IMG/VR virus record: IMGVR_UViG_3300037310_000121 | Span: 1-47,148 of that record | DNA from: a virus | Taxonomy: Duplodnaviria; Caudoviricetes | Length of the DNA: 47,148 nucleotides | Direction: 5' to 3' (one strand) | Shown here: positions 29,427 through 39,286 of the stretch, in pieces | Layout: each line of letters opens with the position of its first letter | Numbering within the stretch: the first letter of the stretch is position 1 | Notes under the pieces: model-generated | The model's input: the letters and a program-made list of their open reading frames with translations, nothing else | Told to the model about the DNA's origin: nothing | Database searches by the model: none | Made by a program: the position numbers and the translations under genes

Positions 29427-29999
29427 CTAAACGTCCCCGACTGCTTCGGCGAATGACGGCGGCTCCGGGGCCTCTTGCCCCAGCGCGCCCTGACCATCTT
29501 CGGCAATGATCTTGATCCCCTTCATTCCGCTCTTCGCCACCTGCGCCATGAGCTCCTTCATCTGATCCTGCATCGCCCGCAGCTTCTCTTCCTCTTGCTG
29601 AGGTTGAGTGTGGTGCGACTCGTACATGAAGGTCTCGAACAGCTCGATGGGGATTTTGAAAGCCACCATCTCTTTGACGCCGATACAACCAGCGTAGTCG
29701 CCGGTCTTGAGCGTTGCGTACTTCCATCCAGGGATGTCCGACGCTTTGACCGGCGTGTAACCGATCATCGTGCGATGCTGGATGGTATCGGAGGGATGCG
29801 TTGTCGAAAGCCAGCAGACGTGATACCCCGGAATCTTCGGAAGATCCGGCAGGACACTCTGGTAGAACTGCTTGCGAAACTCCGTCAGTCGAACGTCGTC
29901 GTTGAGCACTCGCCGTTGTGTCGCTCGCTTCGAATCCAAGCGACGGTCGCGTCGTGCCTCACTGTCTAGTCTCGCGTCTCTGTTGATGACTCGTACCAT
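29427..29999 (-). CDS. head-module protein
   Basis: LP.LP.IPGYH.CWLS...GY.PV motif; between scaffold and capsid genes. Confidence 0.7.
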   Translation of the reverse strand: MVRVINRDARLDSEARRDRRLDSKRATQRRVLNDDVRLTEFRKQFYQSVLPDLPKIPGYHVCWLSTTHPSDTIQHRTMIGYTPVKASDIPGWKYATLKTGDYAGCIGVKEMVAFKIPIELFETFMYESHHTQPQQEEEKLRAMQDQMKELMAQVAKSGMKGIKIIAEDGQGALGQEAPEPPSFAEAVGDV

Positions 30000-30016
30000 T
30001 GATCCGGCTCCCTCTT

Positions 30017-31111
30017 TCAGCGAGCCCTGCTATTCGTGTTCTCGCGATCCCACTGTTGGTATCGCTTCAAAAGCCGTTTGTACTCGGGAGAACCCTCCTC
30101 GATGCCGGCTTCGCGCATGGCGTCGAGTCGCTCTCGAGTCAAGTAGACCTCATTTGGCCCGAGTTGTCTATCTCCCCCACCCGAGCGGAACTTCGGCCCA
30201 CCTCCACCACTGCGGCGAGGTTGTGCGCCGTGGCCGTTGCTGCGGGTCTCTTCTTGGAGATCATCGCCCTCGTCGCCGTCACGATCCTTCCCATTCCCCC
30301 CCTTGAATCGGTGGGGCAGGTAACGCTGGATACGACTATCGAGCTCCTGCCAATACTCCTCGCTTCGAGGATCAAGGACGCCTTCGGCCTTCAGCCGATC
30401 GTCGACCGTCATCGCGATCGCAGTGTCGTCCTGATCCTTGCCGAACCAAGACGCATGCTGAGAGGCCCACTCGCGCGTGCGCTCAAGTACGACGGGGTCC
30501 TGAGCATTGTCGACAGTACCTCCGTTGTCTTTCACACGCCGCCGCTGTTGCTGCTGCGTGTACATGTCCTCGAGCTTCGACAACCCCTCCTTGAGGTTGT
30601 CACGGATCCGTGTCGCTTCTTTGTGCGCCGCTCCATCCTTGTTCGTGACGGCTTCGGCGATCGCATCATCGGCCTTGGCTATAGCCGCACGGAACTGCCC
30701 GATCCGTCCCTCGACGGTCACTCCTTCGAGAGCATCGAGTCGACGCGCAGCTTCCAGTTGAGCCTTCTCGAGCTGCTCGTTGCGCATCGTGAGGAAGCGA
30801 TTCTCCCGCACCATGCGGTCGCCCCACTCCCGGCGCGCTTTGTTGCGCGACTTGCGCTGATTGCGGCGCTCTTCTCGAGTACGCTCGCGATCCCTTTCTT
30901 GCTCGACGACCTCTTCTTCCGACTCACCGAGTCGAGAGTCTTTGGCAGCGACTTCGAGCTCGTCGGCGTCGTCGGCGTCGTCGCCCTCGTCCGAGTCGTC
31001 GTCGGCCTTCTTCTTGGGTGGAGTCTCGTCGGTAACGGCGACTATTTCTTCCTCGTCGTCACCCTTCTTCTTCTTGTCGTCGTCGTCGTCTTTCTCTTTT
31101 GCAGCCGGCAT
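30017..31111 (-). CDS. capsid scaffolding protein
   Basis: Acidic N-terminus, coiled coil, W...WFG, DP.SEEYWQELD. Confidence 0.72.
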   Translation of the reverse strand: MPAAKEKDDDDDKKKKGDDEEEIVAVTDETPPKKKADDDSDEGDDADDADELEVAAKDSRLGESEEEVVEQERDRERTREERRNQRKSRNKARREWGDRMVRENRFLTMRNEQLEKAQLEAARRLDALEGVTVEGRIGQFRAAIAKADDAIAEAVTNKDGAAHKEATRIRDNLKEGLSKLEDMYTQQQQRRRVKDNGGTVDNAQDPVVLERTREWASQHASWFGKDQDDTAIAMTVDDRLKAEGVLDPRSEEYWQELDSRIQRYLPHRFKGGNGKDRDGDEGDDLQEETRSNGHGAQPRRSGGGGPKFRSGGGDRQLGPNEVYLTRERLDAMREAGIEEGSPEYKRLLKRYQQWDRENTNSRAR

Positions 31112-31122
31112 GGCCATTCCCC

Positions 31123-31581
31123 TCAACCGATATAGGCAACCTGATCGAGAGGATCCCCTTCGATCAATCCTTGCAGGTCGTTGTCGTCGAAGATCGCGAA
31201 CAACGCCTTATCGACTGATCCGGGAACAGGAACCTCCCACCGGTCGCCGCCGTACTTGGGAACTCGCACGTAGTCCCCACCCTTGCACCACTCGCCCTCG
31301 GGCCAAAGCTCGAGAGTATCGCGGTTGCGAAATGCTTGTGGGCCAAGAGCAATGACTTTCGCCACCTGAGTATTCCACTTCTCGGTGTCGCGGGACTCTT
31401 GTGGAAGGAAGAATCCCGATTTCGTTCGTGTCATCGGCGTCCGGACCTGGACGATCACTCTCGATCCGAACGGTCTTATCCCGGCAGGGACGTTGGGAAA
31501 CGCCTCTTCAATCGACTCGTAGGCCAACGATGATCGACTGGGAAGATCGACTACGGACACGCCTCTACTTTCACTCGTCAC
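31123..31581 (-). CDS. groES: GroES/Cpn10-like co-chaperonin
   Basis: PFGSRVIV...TKSGFFLP...KVIALGP...WCK.GD.V...KYGG. Confidence 0.8.
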   Translation of the reverse strand: MTSESRGVSVVDLPSRSSLAYESIEEAFPNVPAGIRPFGSRVIVQVRTPMTRTKSGFFLPQESRDTEKWNTQVAKVIALGPQAFRNRDTLELWPEGEWCKGGDYVRVPKYGGDRWEVPVPGSVDKALFAIFDDNDLQGLIEGDPLDQVAYIG

Positions 31582-31777
31582 GTTCTTCGCCTAGTGCCTT
31601 CGACAACAACTGCTCTGCGCGATTCAGCCCTTCGACGACACCGCAATGCTTCCCGTACTCGAAAGCGTCTTTCACTTTCGGAACGCTCAAAGCACCTACG
31701 GCATACTCGGACTTCAGACTCTTGAGCTGGCCGAGGTAGCGGTTGAGGATACTATCCTCAGAGAGCTTGTTGTGCAA
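31571..31777 (-). CDS. small head-module protein
   Basis: FEYG..CG..EGL..A motif; lies between portal and GroES. Confidence 0.65.
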   Translation of the reverse strand: MHNKLSEDSILNRYLGQLKSLKSEYAVGALSVPKVKDAFEYGKHCGVVEGLNRAEQLLSKALGEERDE

Positions 31778-31787
31778 AGGCTCTACT

Positions 31788-31991
31788 CTACCAGCGGGTC
31801 TTCATCGGCGTGTCGGGGCCGACGTGAGCGTTGCCCGAGGTATTCTTGTCGCCGCCGTTGTCGCTGCCGATCAAGGGCGATTTTGACTGTCGATCCGTAG
31901 ACTTACCTGTGGCGCCGGCCGCCGAATCCGCAGCCTCTTGCCCGGTCTTTCCCGACATCGCCAAGTGTTTGTGCTGGTTGATCGCGCTCAT
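31788..31991 (-). CDS. hypothetical protein
   Basis: GGAG RBS; INQHKHLAM. Confidence 0.55.
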   Translation of the reverse strand: MSAINQHKHLAMSGKTGQEAADSAAGATGKSTDRQSKSPLIGSDNGGDKNTSGNAHVGPDTPMKTRW

Positions 31992-32104
31992 GAGGTTCTC
32001 CGTGGTGGTGGGTGAGTAGTCGGACGTGCGAAAAGGTCGAGTCGTTCGAAGCGGAAGACCGAACCGTTCGTGGCTACCTCAGTGTACTGCTGGGGCGAAG
32101 CGCG

Positions 32105-34855
32105 TCAACGGTCTCTCGAAGCCGAGGGATTTGGGTTAGCTCCCGTTCCGGTCGATCGGTCAACCTTATCTCCCGACTCGATTTCAGCAGTGGAGATCTG
32201 GACGGCGGTCAGGTTGTCCTGAGTGTTCCGCCGTTCTTCCGATTCCAACTTCGCAACCAACCTGTCATCCTCGGACTGCTCTTTGCGGGCGAGCTCTTTG
32301 AGACGAGCAGCAGTCTCGGTAGCTTGCCTCGCATCTTGGCGATCCTCCTGCATAACAGTCGTCTGCGCATCCGCTGAAAGCTGTGCGACCTTGAGCTGCG
32401 CGTCTTCGGCTCTCGCCTGGCGCTGCTCCTGTAGGTCGATGATCTTCTCCTGCCCACGAGCAGCAAGCTCCTTGTCCTTCATTTGCGCGCGCAGTTGCTC
32501 GGCCTCGCGCTTCTGCTGCGTCGCATCGGCCTTGTTCGGGTCGAGCGGCATTTGCATGGGCGGCTTGAACTGCGAGAGCACCTGCTGCGCCTGCTGAATC
32601 GCGGCGGGAATCTGGGCGAACACCTTCTGTGCGTCCCTCACGATTTTTTGCGACGCGGTGGCCAACGTCCGATCGAGCTCGGCTCGAGTATCGGGGTCTC
32701 GTTCCTTCATCACGACCGCCATCGGGTCTTCACCGAGCTGGTTCCCTAACGCCTGCCTGAGCTGATCATGGAACGCCGTGACATACCAGTAAGCAACGTG
32801 CTGCTTCAAATGCTCGAGGGCCGCTGGGATGAAGCTCGGCGCGATGATCGGCAGGAACCCCAAGGTAGGCGATGTCAAGAAGTCGAGCAGGACTTGGACG
32901 TGCGCCAAGTGGTCCTGCTCGGGAAATGCCGCGACCGGCCGCCCTAACGTCATCGCCACGTTCTCATTGACCGCATTCATCGGCACGGGCTTCGGCGGCT
33001 GAATCAGGAGCTCGTCGATGTTCTGAATCCGCGCACGCTCGAGAAGCGTTTTTTCAGCCTTGAGCCGGTTGTAAAGGTCCGGGTTGGCGGCCGCGCGGTC
33101 AGCCACAATCTGCGCCTGCGCGATGCGCTGCACGTCGGTGAAAATCTCCGGGTCCGCGACCGGAATGCAATCGAGCGGCCCTTCGAAGTCGGAACGGTAA
33201 GCGAGTACTTCGCCGATGTCGTTCTCGACCGCGTCATCCGTAAGGTACATTCGATTGATGCGATGCAGGATGTTGATGACGTAGTCCATCGAGTGATAAA
33301 GCCGCAAATGGATCGCGGCCATCAGACGCATGCCTTCCTCGATCAGCGCGAGAGTCGTTCCGACCGGCATGTCGGTCTTGCCTTCGGCTAGCGCTTCCAT
33401 CGCGACGTGGATGGCGTTCTGCCCACGCTCGGTCAGGAACCCGAGCAACTGGAACAACGTCGGCGAAGGGCCACTAAAGGGCAGCGGCATCATCAGCTCA
33501 CGGATGTCCTGCGTGCCCGCGACACCACCCTCGAGCTCGATAATCTGCGTCTGGTCGACTCGCTCCGACTGCCCAGTGAAGTTCGCGCCCTTGAGCTTCA
33601 CGAGCGTTTGGCTGTTCTGGATAAGACTAGCGTCGATCAGCGCGCGCAGCGCCCCTGTGGCCGCTCCGGACAACGAGCCGATGAACTGGTTGAACCCAAC
33701 CGAATACGCCCCACGCCACGGCAGGCACGGAAACTCGACCATCCATTGCATCCGCTCGAGGTCAGCGTCTTCCTCTTCCCAGTTGCGTACGACCGCCACG
33801 ATCCTCCGTGTCGTCTCGTCTATCGAAATGATGTAGGGGACTCTCCCGGCTGGCTCGTTGTTCGACGGTTTCTTCTTGAACTCGTACGCCAGCGAGCACT
33901 CGTGCACGACCCGCTGGCCATCCTTGTTCGATCCCGGTTCTTTCTTCCCCTCGACCTTCTCGGTCGCCTTCTCGGCTTTTGAGAGCTCCGGAACCGTGCT
34001 AGTCGGCGCGACGACTGGCGTCGTATTCGCCTCGGAGGGAACAAGAGTCTTCACGTACTCCGGGACAACGTAAATCCCGTCGTCCACACGTGCTTGGAAC
34101 TCGATCGCCGTGATCTTCTCGTGATACGTCTGGCGCTCGGCTGAGTAGAAATTCGCAGCCGCATACGGGATCGACACTTCGTCGATACCAAGGAATCGTG
34201 GGACGGGCCGATGCTTGCGCTTCGAGTAGTCGGGCGTCAAACGCAGGTACATCGAACCACCCATCGGCACCTGCGTGAGCAGCTTTTCGAGCTCGGTTCG
34301 GAACTCTGGCATCTGGCGCTTGAACTGCCAGTTCATGAACTCTTTCTTCCGCTCGGCCTTCTTCATGCGCTCGGCCGTGACATTGGTCCCCGGCACGAAC
34401 ATCTTCACCGGCCCGTTCGGCGGCATGAGCTCCTTGATGGCACGAGCTGCGAAGTCAAACGCGGCCATCGACAGCATCGGGTCGACAGCTTTGGACGCCC
34501 CCTCGAACGTCGCGCCCCCCGGCGCCTCCTTGCCAAGTCCCGTGCGCTTGATCGCCTCGGCGTACTGCTCGTCACGTTCCTTCCGCGCTTCTTTGTCAAG
34601 ACGAATGGCGTCGAGCAGAATCCCGGCCAAGCTCTCGAGCTCGACCGAATCGAGCTGAGGAACCAAGTTGTCGTAGAAATCGGCAGTCCCTTCGACATCG
34701 ACCTCCTCGAGGTCTTCGTCGATCTTGGCGACCTTGCCCCCGGACTCGTCGAGCTCCTCGTCTTCCTTCGGGGCATCGACGGCCTCGACTCGATCTTCCA
34801 TCGCAGGAGTTGCCTCCGGACGGAGTGGCAAATTTTCGGCGGTAGGGTCAGCCAT
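32105..34855 (-). CDS. portal protein
   Basis: F.GAS....P.L, ELMPPNGPVK, MPVGTTLALIE, IH.RL, P.ADP.IF motifs; follows TerL. Confidence 0.88.
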   Translation of the reverse strand: MADPTAENLPLRPEATPAMEDRVEAVDAPKEDEELDESGGKVAKIDEDLEEVDVEGTADFYDNLVPQLDSVELESLAGILLDAIRLDKEARKERDEQYAEAIKRTGLGKEAPGGATFEGASKAVDPMLSMAAFDFAARAIKELMPPNGPVKMFVPGTNVTAERMKKAERKKEFMNWQFKRQMPEFRTELEKLLTQVPMGGSMYLRLTPDYSKRKHRPVPRFLGIDEVSIPYAAANFYSAERQTYHEKITAIEFQARVDDGIYVVPEYVKTLVPSEANTTPVVAPTSTVPELSKAEKATEKVEGKKEPGSNKDGQRVVHECSLAYEFKKKPSNNEPAGRVPYIISIDETTRRIVAVVRNWEEEDADLERMQWMVEFPCLPWRGAYSVGFNQFIGSLSGAATGALRALIDASLIQNSQTLVKLKGANFTGQSERVDQTQIIELEGGVAGTQDIRELMMPLPFSGPSPTLFQLLGFLTERGQNAIHVAMEALAEGKTDMPVGTTLALIEEGMRLMAAIHLRLYHSMDYVINILHRINRMYLTDDAVENDIGEVLAYRSDFEGPLDCIPVADPEIFTDVQRIAQAQIVADRAAANPDLYNRLKAEKTLLERARIQNIDELLIQPPKPVPMNAVNENVAMTLGRPVAAFPEQDHLAHVQVLLDFLTSPTLGFLPIIAPSFIPAALEHLKQHVAYWYVTAFHDQLRQALGNQLGEDPMAVVMKERDPDTRAELDRTLATASQKIVRDAQKVFAQIPAAIQQAQQVLSQFKPPMQMPLDPNKADATQQKREAEQLRAQMKDKELAARGQEKIIDLQEQRQARAEDAQLKVAQLSADAQTTVMQEDRQDARQATETAARLKELARKEQSEDDRLVAKLESEERRNTQDNLTAVQISTAEIESGDKVDRSTGTGANPNPSASRDR

Positions 34856-34870
34856 GAGGGTCAACCTCCG

Positions 34871-37237
34871 TTATCCATCATACGGATTCACGCGCTGTTT
34901 GCGCTCGATCTTGTGGCGAGCTTCGACCGCAGCCTTGCGACGCTCCTCTTCGGGATCGCGAGGAATCGTGAGCGCCCCGATGTGATGGTCGAGCAAGTAA
35001 CGCCACGCTTGCGTGGTGGTGTCGAGAAGATCGTCGTAGTCGAGAGACCCCTCCCCCGAATACGAGCACAGTTGCGTGATGACCGGCTCGGCCCACTCGC
35101 GAAACTCCCCCGGCGTTCGGTCGCTCTCGACCATCCACACTCGCCCGTGCGCCGGCAGCAGGGATACTACGTGAAGACGTTGCAGCTTGTCCAAGTTACC
35201 GGGATTGTAGGCATGCGCCAGGATGTCTTCGCGAGCCAACATCTGGATCAGCGACGTGCCCGACGCTTTCTCCTCGATCAACAGCAAGTCGATCGCTTTT
35301 CCTTGCGGTTGTGGAGTCTGCACGCTGTTGATCTTGGGGCGCAGCAGCACGGGGCCTTGAACGATTGCTCCGTATCGGCGCCGTCGTTCTTTCTTCACAC
35401 GCTGAATGAGCTCGGGGAACCCGAGCCACTCCTGCCAAGCGTCGAGCAGCATGATGTTCTTCACGGCCGGCTGGCCATGCAGGAACAATCCCCAAACCGT
35501 ACAGGCAGTCGGGTCGTTCTCCTGCCGCTTCTTGTCATGCGTCTCTTCGGTGAACGCCGTATCGAGAGAAACCAGAATGTACTGAAACCGCGGTAGTGGG
35601 CGATCGGCCGGCCACATCCGAATCTGCGATCGCTTGATGTAGCCCGCCTCTTCCGGATCGAGCACCTCACCGTGGATCTCTTGTCGGCCAATCTTCGTGC
35701 CTTCGTACTTGGCGACGTTCTCGAAGTACGACTCAGTGAGATTGTCACGATTCTCGTACGTCGAGCCGACGACCACCACGGCGTCCTTCCGTTTCATCAA
35801 GTCGCGAATGAACGCGGAAGGCTTCGGCGTTCCAGTCACACACAGCCGAGGGTGCGCGCCGAGACGCAGACCGAACATGATGTTGTCCCACGCCGCTTGC
35901 GCGTATAGCCATGAATTGTGCGTCAGAATCCCGTTCGCGAAGAACTCATGCTCGCCTTCAACGTCTAGGTTGTACACGACGCCTTGGCACCCAAGTGCCT
36001 TCACGCTTACGACGTGCGTATTCCGCTCGAGAGTGGCGATGGGCGATGTTGCCGCACTTTTGTGAGCAGAATTTGGCACGCTGCCCAGTCGAGCGATAGA
36101 GTTTCGAGCACACTGCGCAGACGACGACTCGAGGTTTTCGCTCAGCCCATCCCTTCTTCCGAGCACGAGAGATTTGTCTCTTACTCCAGAGCACAAAGCC
36201 TCTCGGATGAAGCCTCTTGTGCTCTGAGTTCGAGACTGCAACCAAGTTAGAGAGCCGATTATTACGCGCGTTATCGTCGCGATGATGAACTTCAACTGCA
36301 TGCCCTTTAAGAAGCGGCCCCTTATAGAATTCGTATTTGGCTCGGTGTAACGTGCGCCCGCGACGGTTCTTGTAGCACTTGCCCCACCAATACCAGCGCT
36401 CACCGTTCCAGACAACGACGTCGGCCATGTAGCGAGGGTAGTGCCATGCTCCATAGCATGCAACGGCACAAATACGCCGTCACTTTCTGACCATACGGGA
36501 TGATGAGCAGTCCCAACAAGGCGAGAGCCGTCATTAGCGACCATCTCCCACAACGTAGCTCGAGGCGCAGACACCCCTGCCGCTAACACGCGGCGCAGCC
36601 CTCTTCGTGTCCAAACGAGGTCTCCGCACTTGATCTGTTCGATTGGGATTTCCCCAGTTGACGTTCGAACCAACGTACCGGCAACGAGACATGCGATTTC
36701 ATCAAGCCATCCCCCCGCATGCTGCGGTCCACGCAATCGTTCCGGAGTATCACCTGCGAATCCGCGGATGATCGAACCGTTCCACAGCGTTAGTGAAGGA
36801 AGTGCAAGGTTCTTGTCGACGATAAGCTGAGGAGGGATGGAGGAGTACAGCCCTGTCGGCCCTTCGAAACACGTGTAACGAACGTCGTCCTTGGTCGGCG
36901 CGACTGCGCAGTACATTGACGGGAACGACGCCGCTTCTATGCCTAGCCAATTCGCCCCTGCAAGCGTTTTGCCGAAGCCTCTCCCGGATCTCAGTACCCA
37001 GATCAATTTCAGAAACTCGTCGAACTCCTTCGGGGGTAGTTGTTTCTGGCGCGCGAGAGATTTCCACGCCATCCGCCAGCGCAAGAAATGCAACTCTTGC
37101 GTAGTGAGCTGCTCGAGCGTGCTCTTGTAGTCTTGGAGCTCTGCCGGCAGCCGTTCGACGTCGAGCTCGTAACTGAACTCGATTTTCCGATGCAGCGCGC
37201 CGAAGTTGACCGAGAGGACTTGCGGGAGTGAGGACAT
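34871..37237 (-). CDS. terL: terminase large subunit containing an intein
   Basis: Walker A GRGFGKT, Walker B WLDEIA, TGTP, nuclease motifs SLDTA and DDLLD. Confidence 0.93.
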   Translation of the reverse strand: MSSLPQVLSVNFGALHRKIEFSYELDVERLPAELQDYKSTLEQLTTQELHFLRWRMAWKSLARQKQLPPKEFDEFLKLIWVLRSGRGFGKTLAGANWLGIEAASFPSMYCAVAPTKDDVRYTCFEGPTGLYSSIPPQLIVDKNLALPSLTLWNGSIIRGFAGDTPERLRGPQHAGGWLDEIACLVAGTLVRTSTGEIPIEQIKCGDLVWTRRGLRRVLAAGVSAPRATLWEMVANDGSRLVGTAHHPVWSESDGVFVPLHAMEHGTTLATWPTSLSGTVSAGIGGASATRTVAGARYTEPNTNSIRGRFLKGMQLKFIIATITRVIIGSLTWLQSRTQSTRGFIREALCSGVRDKSLVLGRRDGLSENLESSSAQCARNSIARLGSVPNSAHKSAATSPIATLERNTHVVSVKALGCQGVVYNLDVEGEHEFFANGILTHNSWLYAQAAWDNIMFGLRLGAHPRLCVTGTPKPSAFIRDLMKRKDAVVVVGSTYENRDNLTESYFENVAKYEGTKIGRQEIHGEVLDPEEAGYIKRSQIRMWPADRPLPRFQYILVSLDTAFTEETHDKKRQENDPTACTVWGLFLHGQPAVKNIMLLDAWQEWLGFPELIQRVKKERRRRYGAIVQGPVLLRPKINSVQTPQPQGKAIDLLLIEEKASGTSLIQMLAREDILAHAYNPGNLDKLQRLHVVSLLPAHGRVWMVESDRTPGEFREWAEPVITQLCSYSGEGSLDYDDLLDTTTQAWRYLLDHHIGALTIPRDPEEERRKAAVEARHKIERKQRVNPYDG
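35915..36691 (-). mobile_element. intein (259 aa) in TerL
   Basis: CLVAGTLV block A; GTAHHPV block B; VYNLDVEGEHEFFANGILTHN then Ser+1; removal restores LDEIA-SW. Confidence 0.93.
35958..36428 (-). CDS. HNH homing endonuclease nested out of frame inside the intein
   Basis: LHR..YE...VHHRDDNARNNRLSNL......H..LH plus CAVC...CSQKC zinc motif. Confidence 0.8.
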   Translation of the reverse strand: MADVVVWNGERWYWWGKCYKNRRGRTLHRAKYEFYKGPLLKGHAVEVHHRDDNARNNRLSNLVAVSNSEHKRLHPRGFVLWSKRQISRARKKGWAERKPRVVVCAVCSKLYRSTGQRAKFCSQKCGNIAHRHSRAEYARRKREGTWVPRRRVQPRR

Positions 37238-37249
37238 GACCGCCGCAGT

Positions 37250-37477
37250 CTACTGCGGCTTTTTATGTCTCTCCAGGATCGCAGCCTTCGCCACGTCGCA
37301 CAACCCCACCAATTGCAGGAGGGAGCCCTCGGAGTACCCCACTGCGATATCCCCCGTCTTTTTGTCGACGCAAATCAAGATGATTTGTGCCACGCTGTCG
37401 GAAACACTGAGCGCGTTCGCGAGCAGAGAAGTCGGAGAAACCTTCCCACCAAAACTACCCCCGGAGATGTTGTTCAT
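37250..37477 (-). CDS. hypothetical protein
   Basis: In-operon 75-aa ORF upstream of terL. Confidence 0.55.
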   Translation of the reverse strand: MNNISGGSFGGKVSPTSLLANALSVSDSVAQIILICVDKKTGDIAVGYSEGSLLQLVGLCDVAKAAILERHKKPQ

Positions 37478-37502
37478 GGGATAACTTGCCGGACCAGCGC
37501 GC

Positions 37503-37982
37503 TTACAGTCCGAAGAACGCGCGCACGATCACTTGAACGAGTTTGTCTTTCGTCTGATGACTGGGAGGGAGCAGCTCGTACGGCATCATGCACGGATGCG
37601 TTTTGGCCAGAGCGTCCTTCACGAGGCCGAGTGTCCAACCTTCCGCCTCTTTCTGCTGCCGCCAGTTCTCGTGGAGCTCGGCCGGCGTCGCGAGCGGATT
37701 CTCGAGCACGAACCTCACGCCGTTGATCACCGAGCTGCGCTGCCACTCGGGGGCTTCCGCCCAGGGGACTTGAGAGTGGTCTCCCAGCGAGTCGCAGTAC
37801 ACACGGTTGACCTCGTGCGCCAGCAGCGCGCAGAAAACGACCGCGGCTTCGGTCGGCGCGACGATGTTGTACCCGAGCACAGGGCCGGCGACGAAGGTTT
37901 CCTTTTCGTCAACCGGGGGGATCGACACTGCTCCGCCGTTCGAGTTGAGGGTCGGATCGGCGACCGGTGTCGTTTCGCACAT
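37503..37982 (-). CDS. RyR-repeat domain protein
   Basis: HEVNR.YC...HENW...K.AEGW.LG.VKD...KTHPCMMPYELLP..Q.KD. Confidence 0.8.
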   Translation of the reverse strand: MCETTPVADPTLNSNGGAVSIPPVDEKETFVAGPVLGYNIVAPTEAAVVFCALLAHEVNRVYCDSLGDHSQVPWAEAPEWQRSSVINGVRFVLENPLATPAELHENWRQQKEAEGWTLGLVKDALAKTHPCMMPYELLPPSHQTKDKLVQVIVRAFFGL

Positions 37983-38005
37983 GGTATTGCCTCTGGTTAT
38001 GCCTG

Positions 38006-38194
38006 TTATGGTTGTTGGGGCTTTTCCTGCTGTGACTGCTCTCGTTGACGGGCTTCCTTGAGGATGACCGCGAGATACCGAGTCGAAGGTAGCGTGATCT
38101 TATCACGTGGGTAGTATGCCCCTTGTACCCCGTTGATGCCTACCCCGACCTCGCGGCAGACCGCGAAGTGAACCGAGTTGAGGAATTGGCTCAT
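38006..38194 (-). CDS. hypothetical protein
   Basis: In-operon short ORF. Confidence 0.45.
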   Translation of the reverse strand: MSQFLNSVHFAVCREVGVGINGVQGAYYPRDKITLPSTRYLAVILKEARQREQSQQEKPQQP

Positions 38195-38201
38195 GACGCC
38201 G

Positions 38202-38852
38202 CTACTGCGCGTCGAACCCCGCTATCGCCGCCGGCTTCGGGTTGACGGTTATCGGGACGCTTTGCGTCACCGTGACACTGCCAGAAAACAGCTTGGTTGC
38301 CACGTTGCTGGCGTCACTGAACACGCCCAAGGAGTTGCGGGCGAAGGCAACGGCGCGCAGCGTCCCTGTCTCAGTGATTCCGGTCGTCACCGTACGCATC
38401 GTCGGCCGCGTCGCACCTGAGTCGTCAACGTCGACGCACGTCTCTCCGCTCCCACACGCCGGCCCTGCCGTGAGCACTGGATTGAACGTGTACTTGAGAC
38501 GAACGACATCTCGATTCGTATACGGCGTGCCGTCCGTATTCTGTGTCGGCGGCGACCACGAGAACGTCACGATCGAGTCGCCGGGGAACGCGCACGACAT
38601 CGCGATCGTGAACGACCCCGAGTCCGGGATTGTGATGGTTTGCGTGCCACTCCCTGCCTTGGGGCCGGTCCACGTGGGATGCCCACTCGCCGTACACGGC
38701 GTGCCACTGGTAAGCGCGGGAGTCGTCGACCACGTGAGCACGGTGACAATCTGGCCATCGCCGCTCGTCACCGAGGGCGTCAGCGTGATCGTGTTTTGCG
38801 CGAAGCTCGGGAGTGCAACAGCGAGCGCGAGAAGCATCGTCGACAAGCGCAT
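38202..38852 (-). CDS. secreted Ig/FN3-like protein
   Basis: Signal peptide ending SFA-Q; LTWST..C.ASG..W.G; W.PPTQNTDGTP; S..SN.A motifs. Confidence 0.65.
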   Translation of the reverse strand: MRLSTMLLALAVALPSFAQNTITLTPSVTSGDGQIVTVLTWSTTPALTSGTPCTASGHPTWTGPKAGSGTQTITIPDSGSFTIAMSCAFPGDSIVTFSWSPPTQNTDGTPYTNRDVVRLKYTFNPVLTAGPACGSGETCVDVDDSGATRPTMRTVTTGITETGTLRAVAFARNSLGVFSDASNVATKLFSGSVTVTQSVPITVNPKPAAIAGFDAQ

Positions 38853-38921
38853 GAGCATCGGCTCCGTAGTGGGATTCTCCGAATCGTACGCCACGAGAGC
38901 CGTGGCGTTCAAGAGACGCAG

Positions 38922-39284
38922 CTAGAATGGAACATCATCGTAATCGTGAGGCGGCGGTGGCTCAGGACCGTAGCGTATCGAATTGGTTTTGAGCGCCGCC
39001 GCGAGCATATTCTCGTGGATCGGTTTCCACACGATATTGCCCGGCACGTAGCCGAGCTCGGCTACGATGCGATCCGGCGAACAATTGCGCTTGCTGAATC
39101 CGTTTGCAACTGCCCACCCACGGAAGTCGGCGAAGTTGTCCCACGCGAGCGGCACGCCCCGGAAATACTCAGGATGCGCAGACGCGCTACCCTTCACCCG
39201 CTGCTGCATGTTGATCCACACACGGTAGAGCTTGGTCTCTTTCGCCCCCGTGCGGCGTGGCGAGCGGCAGCGGAACACAGCCAT
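38922..39284 (-). CDS. HNH-endonuclease-like protein (degenerate)
   Basis: TKLYRVWINM..R...W..F..F..WA...DRI...GY.PGN..W; acidic DDVPF tail. Confidence 0.65.
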   Translation of the reverse strand: MAVFRCRSPRRTGAKETKLYRVWINMQQRVKGSASAHPEYFRGVPLAWDNFADFRGWAVANGFSKRNCSPDRIVAELGYVPGNIVWKPIHENMLAAALKTNSIRYGPEPPPPHDYDDVPF

Positions 39285-39286
39285 GG

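Noticed and set aside
34211-35596. Long plus-strand ORFs opposite portal/terL (also 29999-31135, 40886-41968, 7846-8781)
   Set aside because: Antisense shadows expected at high GC; no recognisable motifs.
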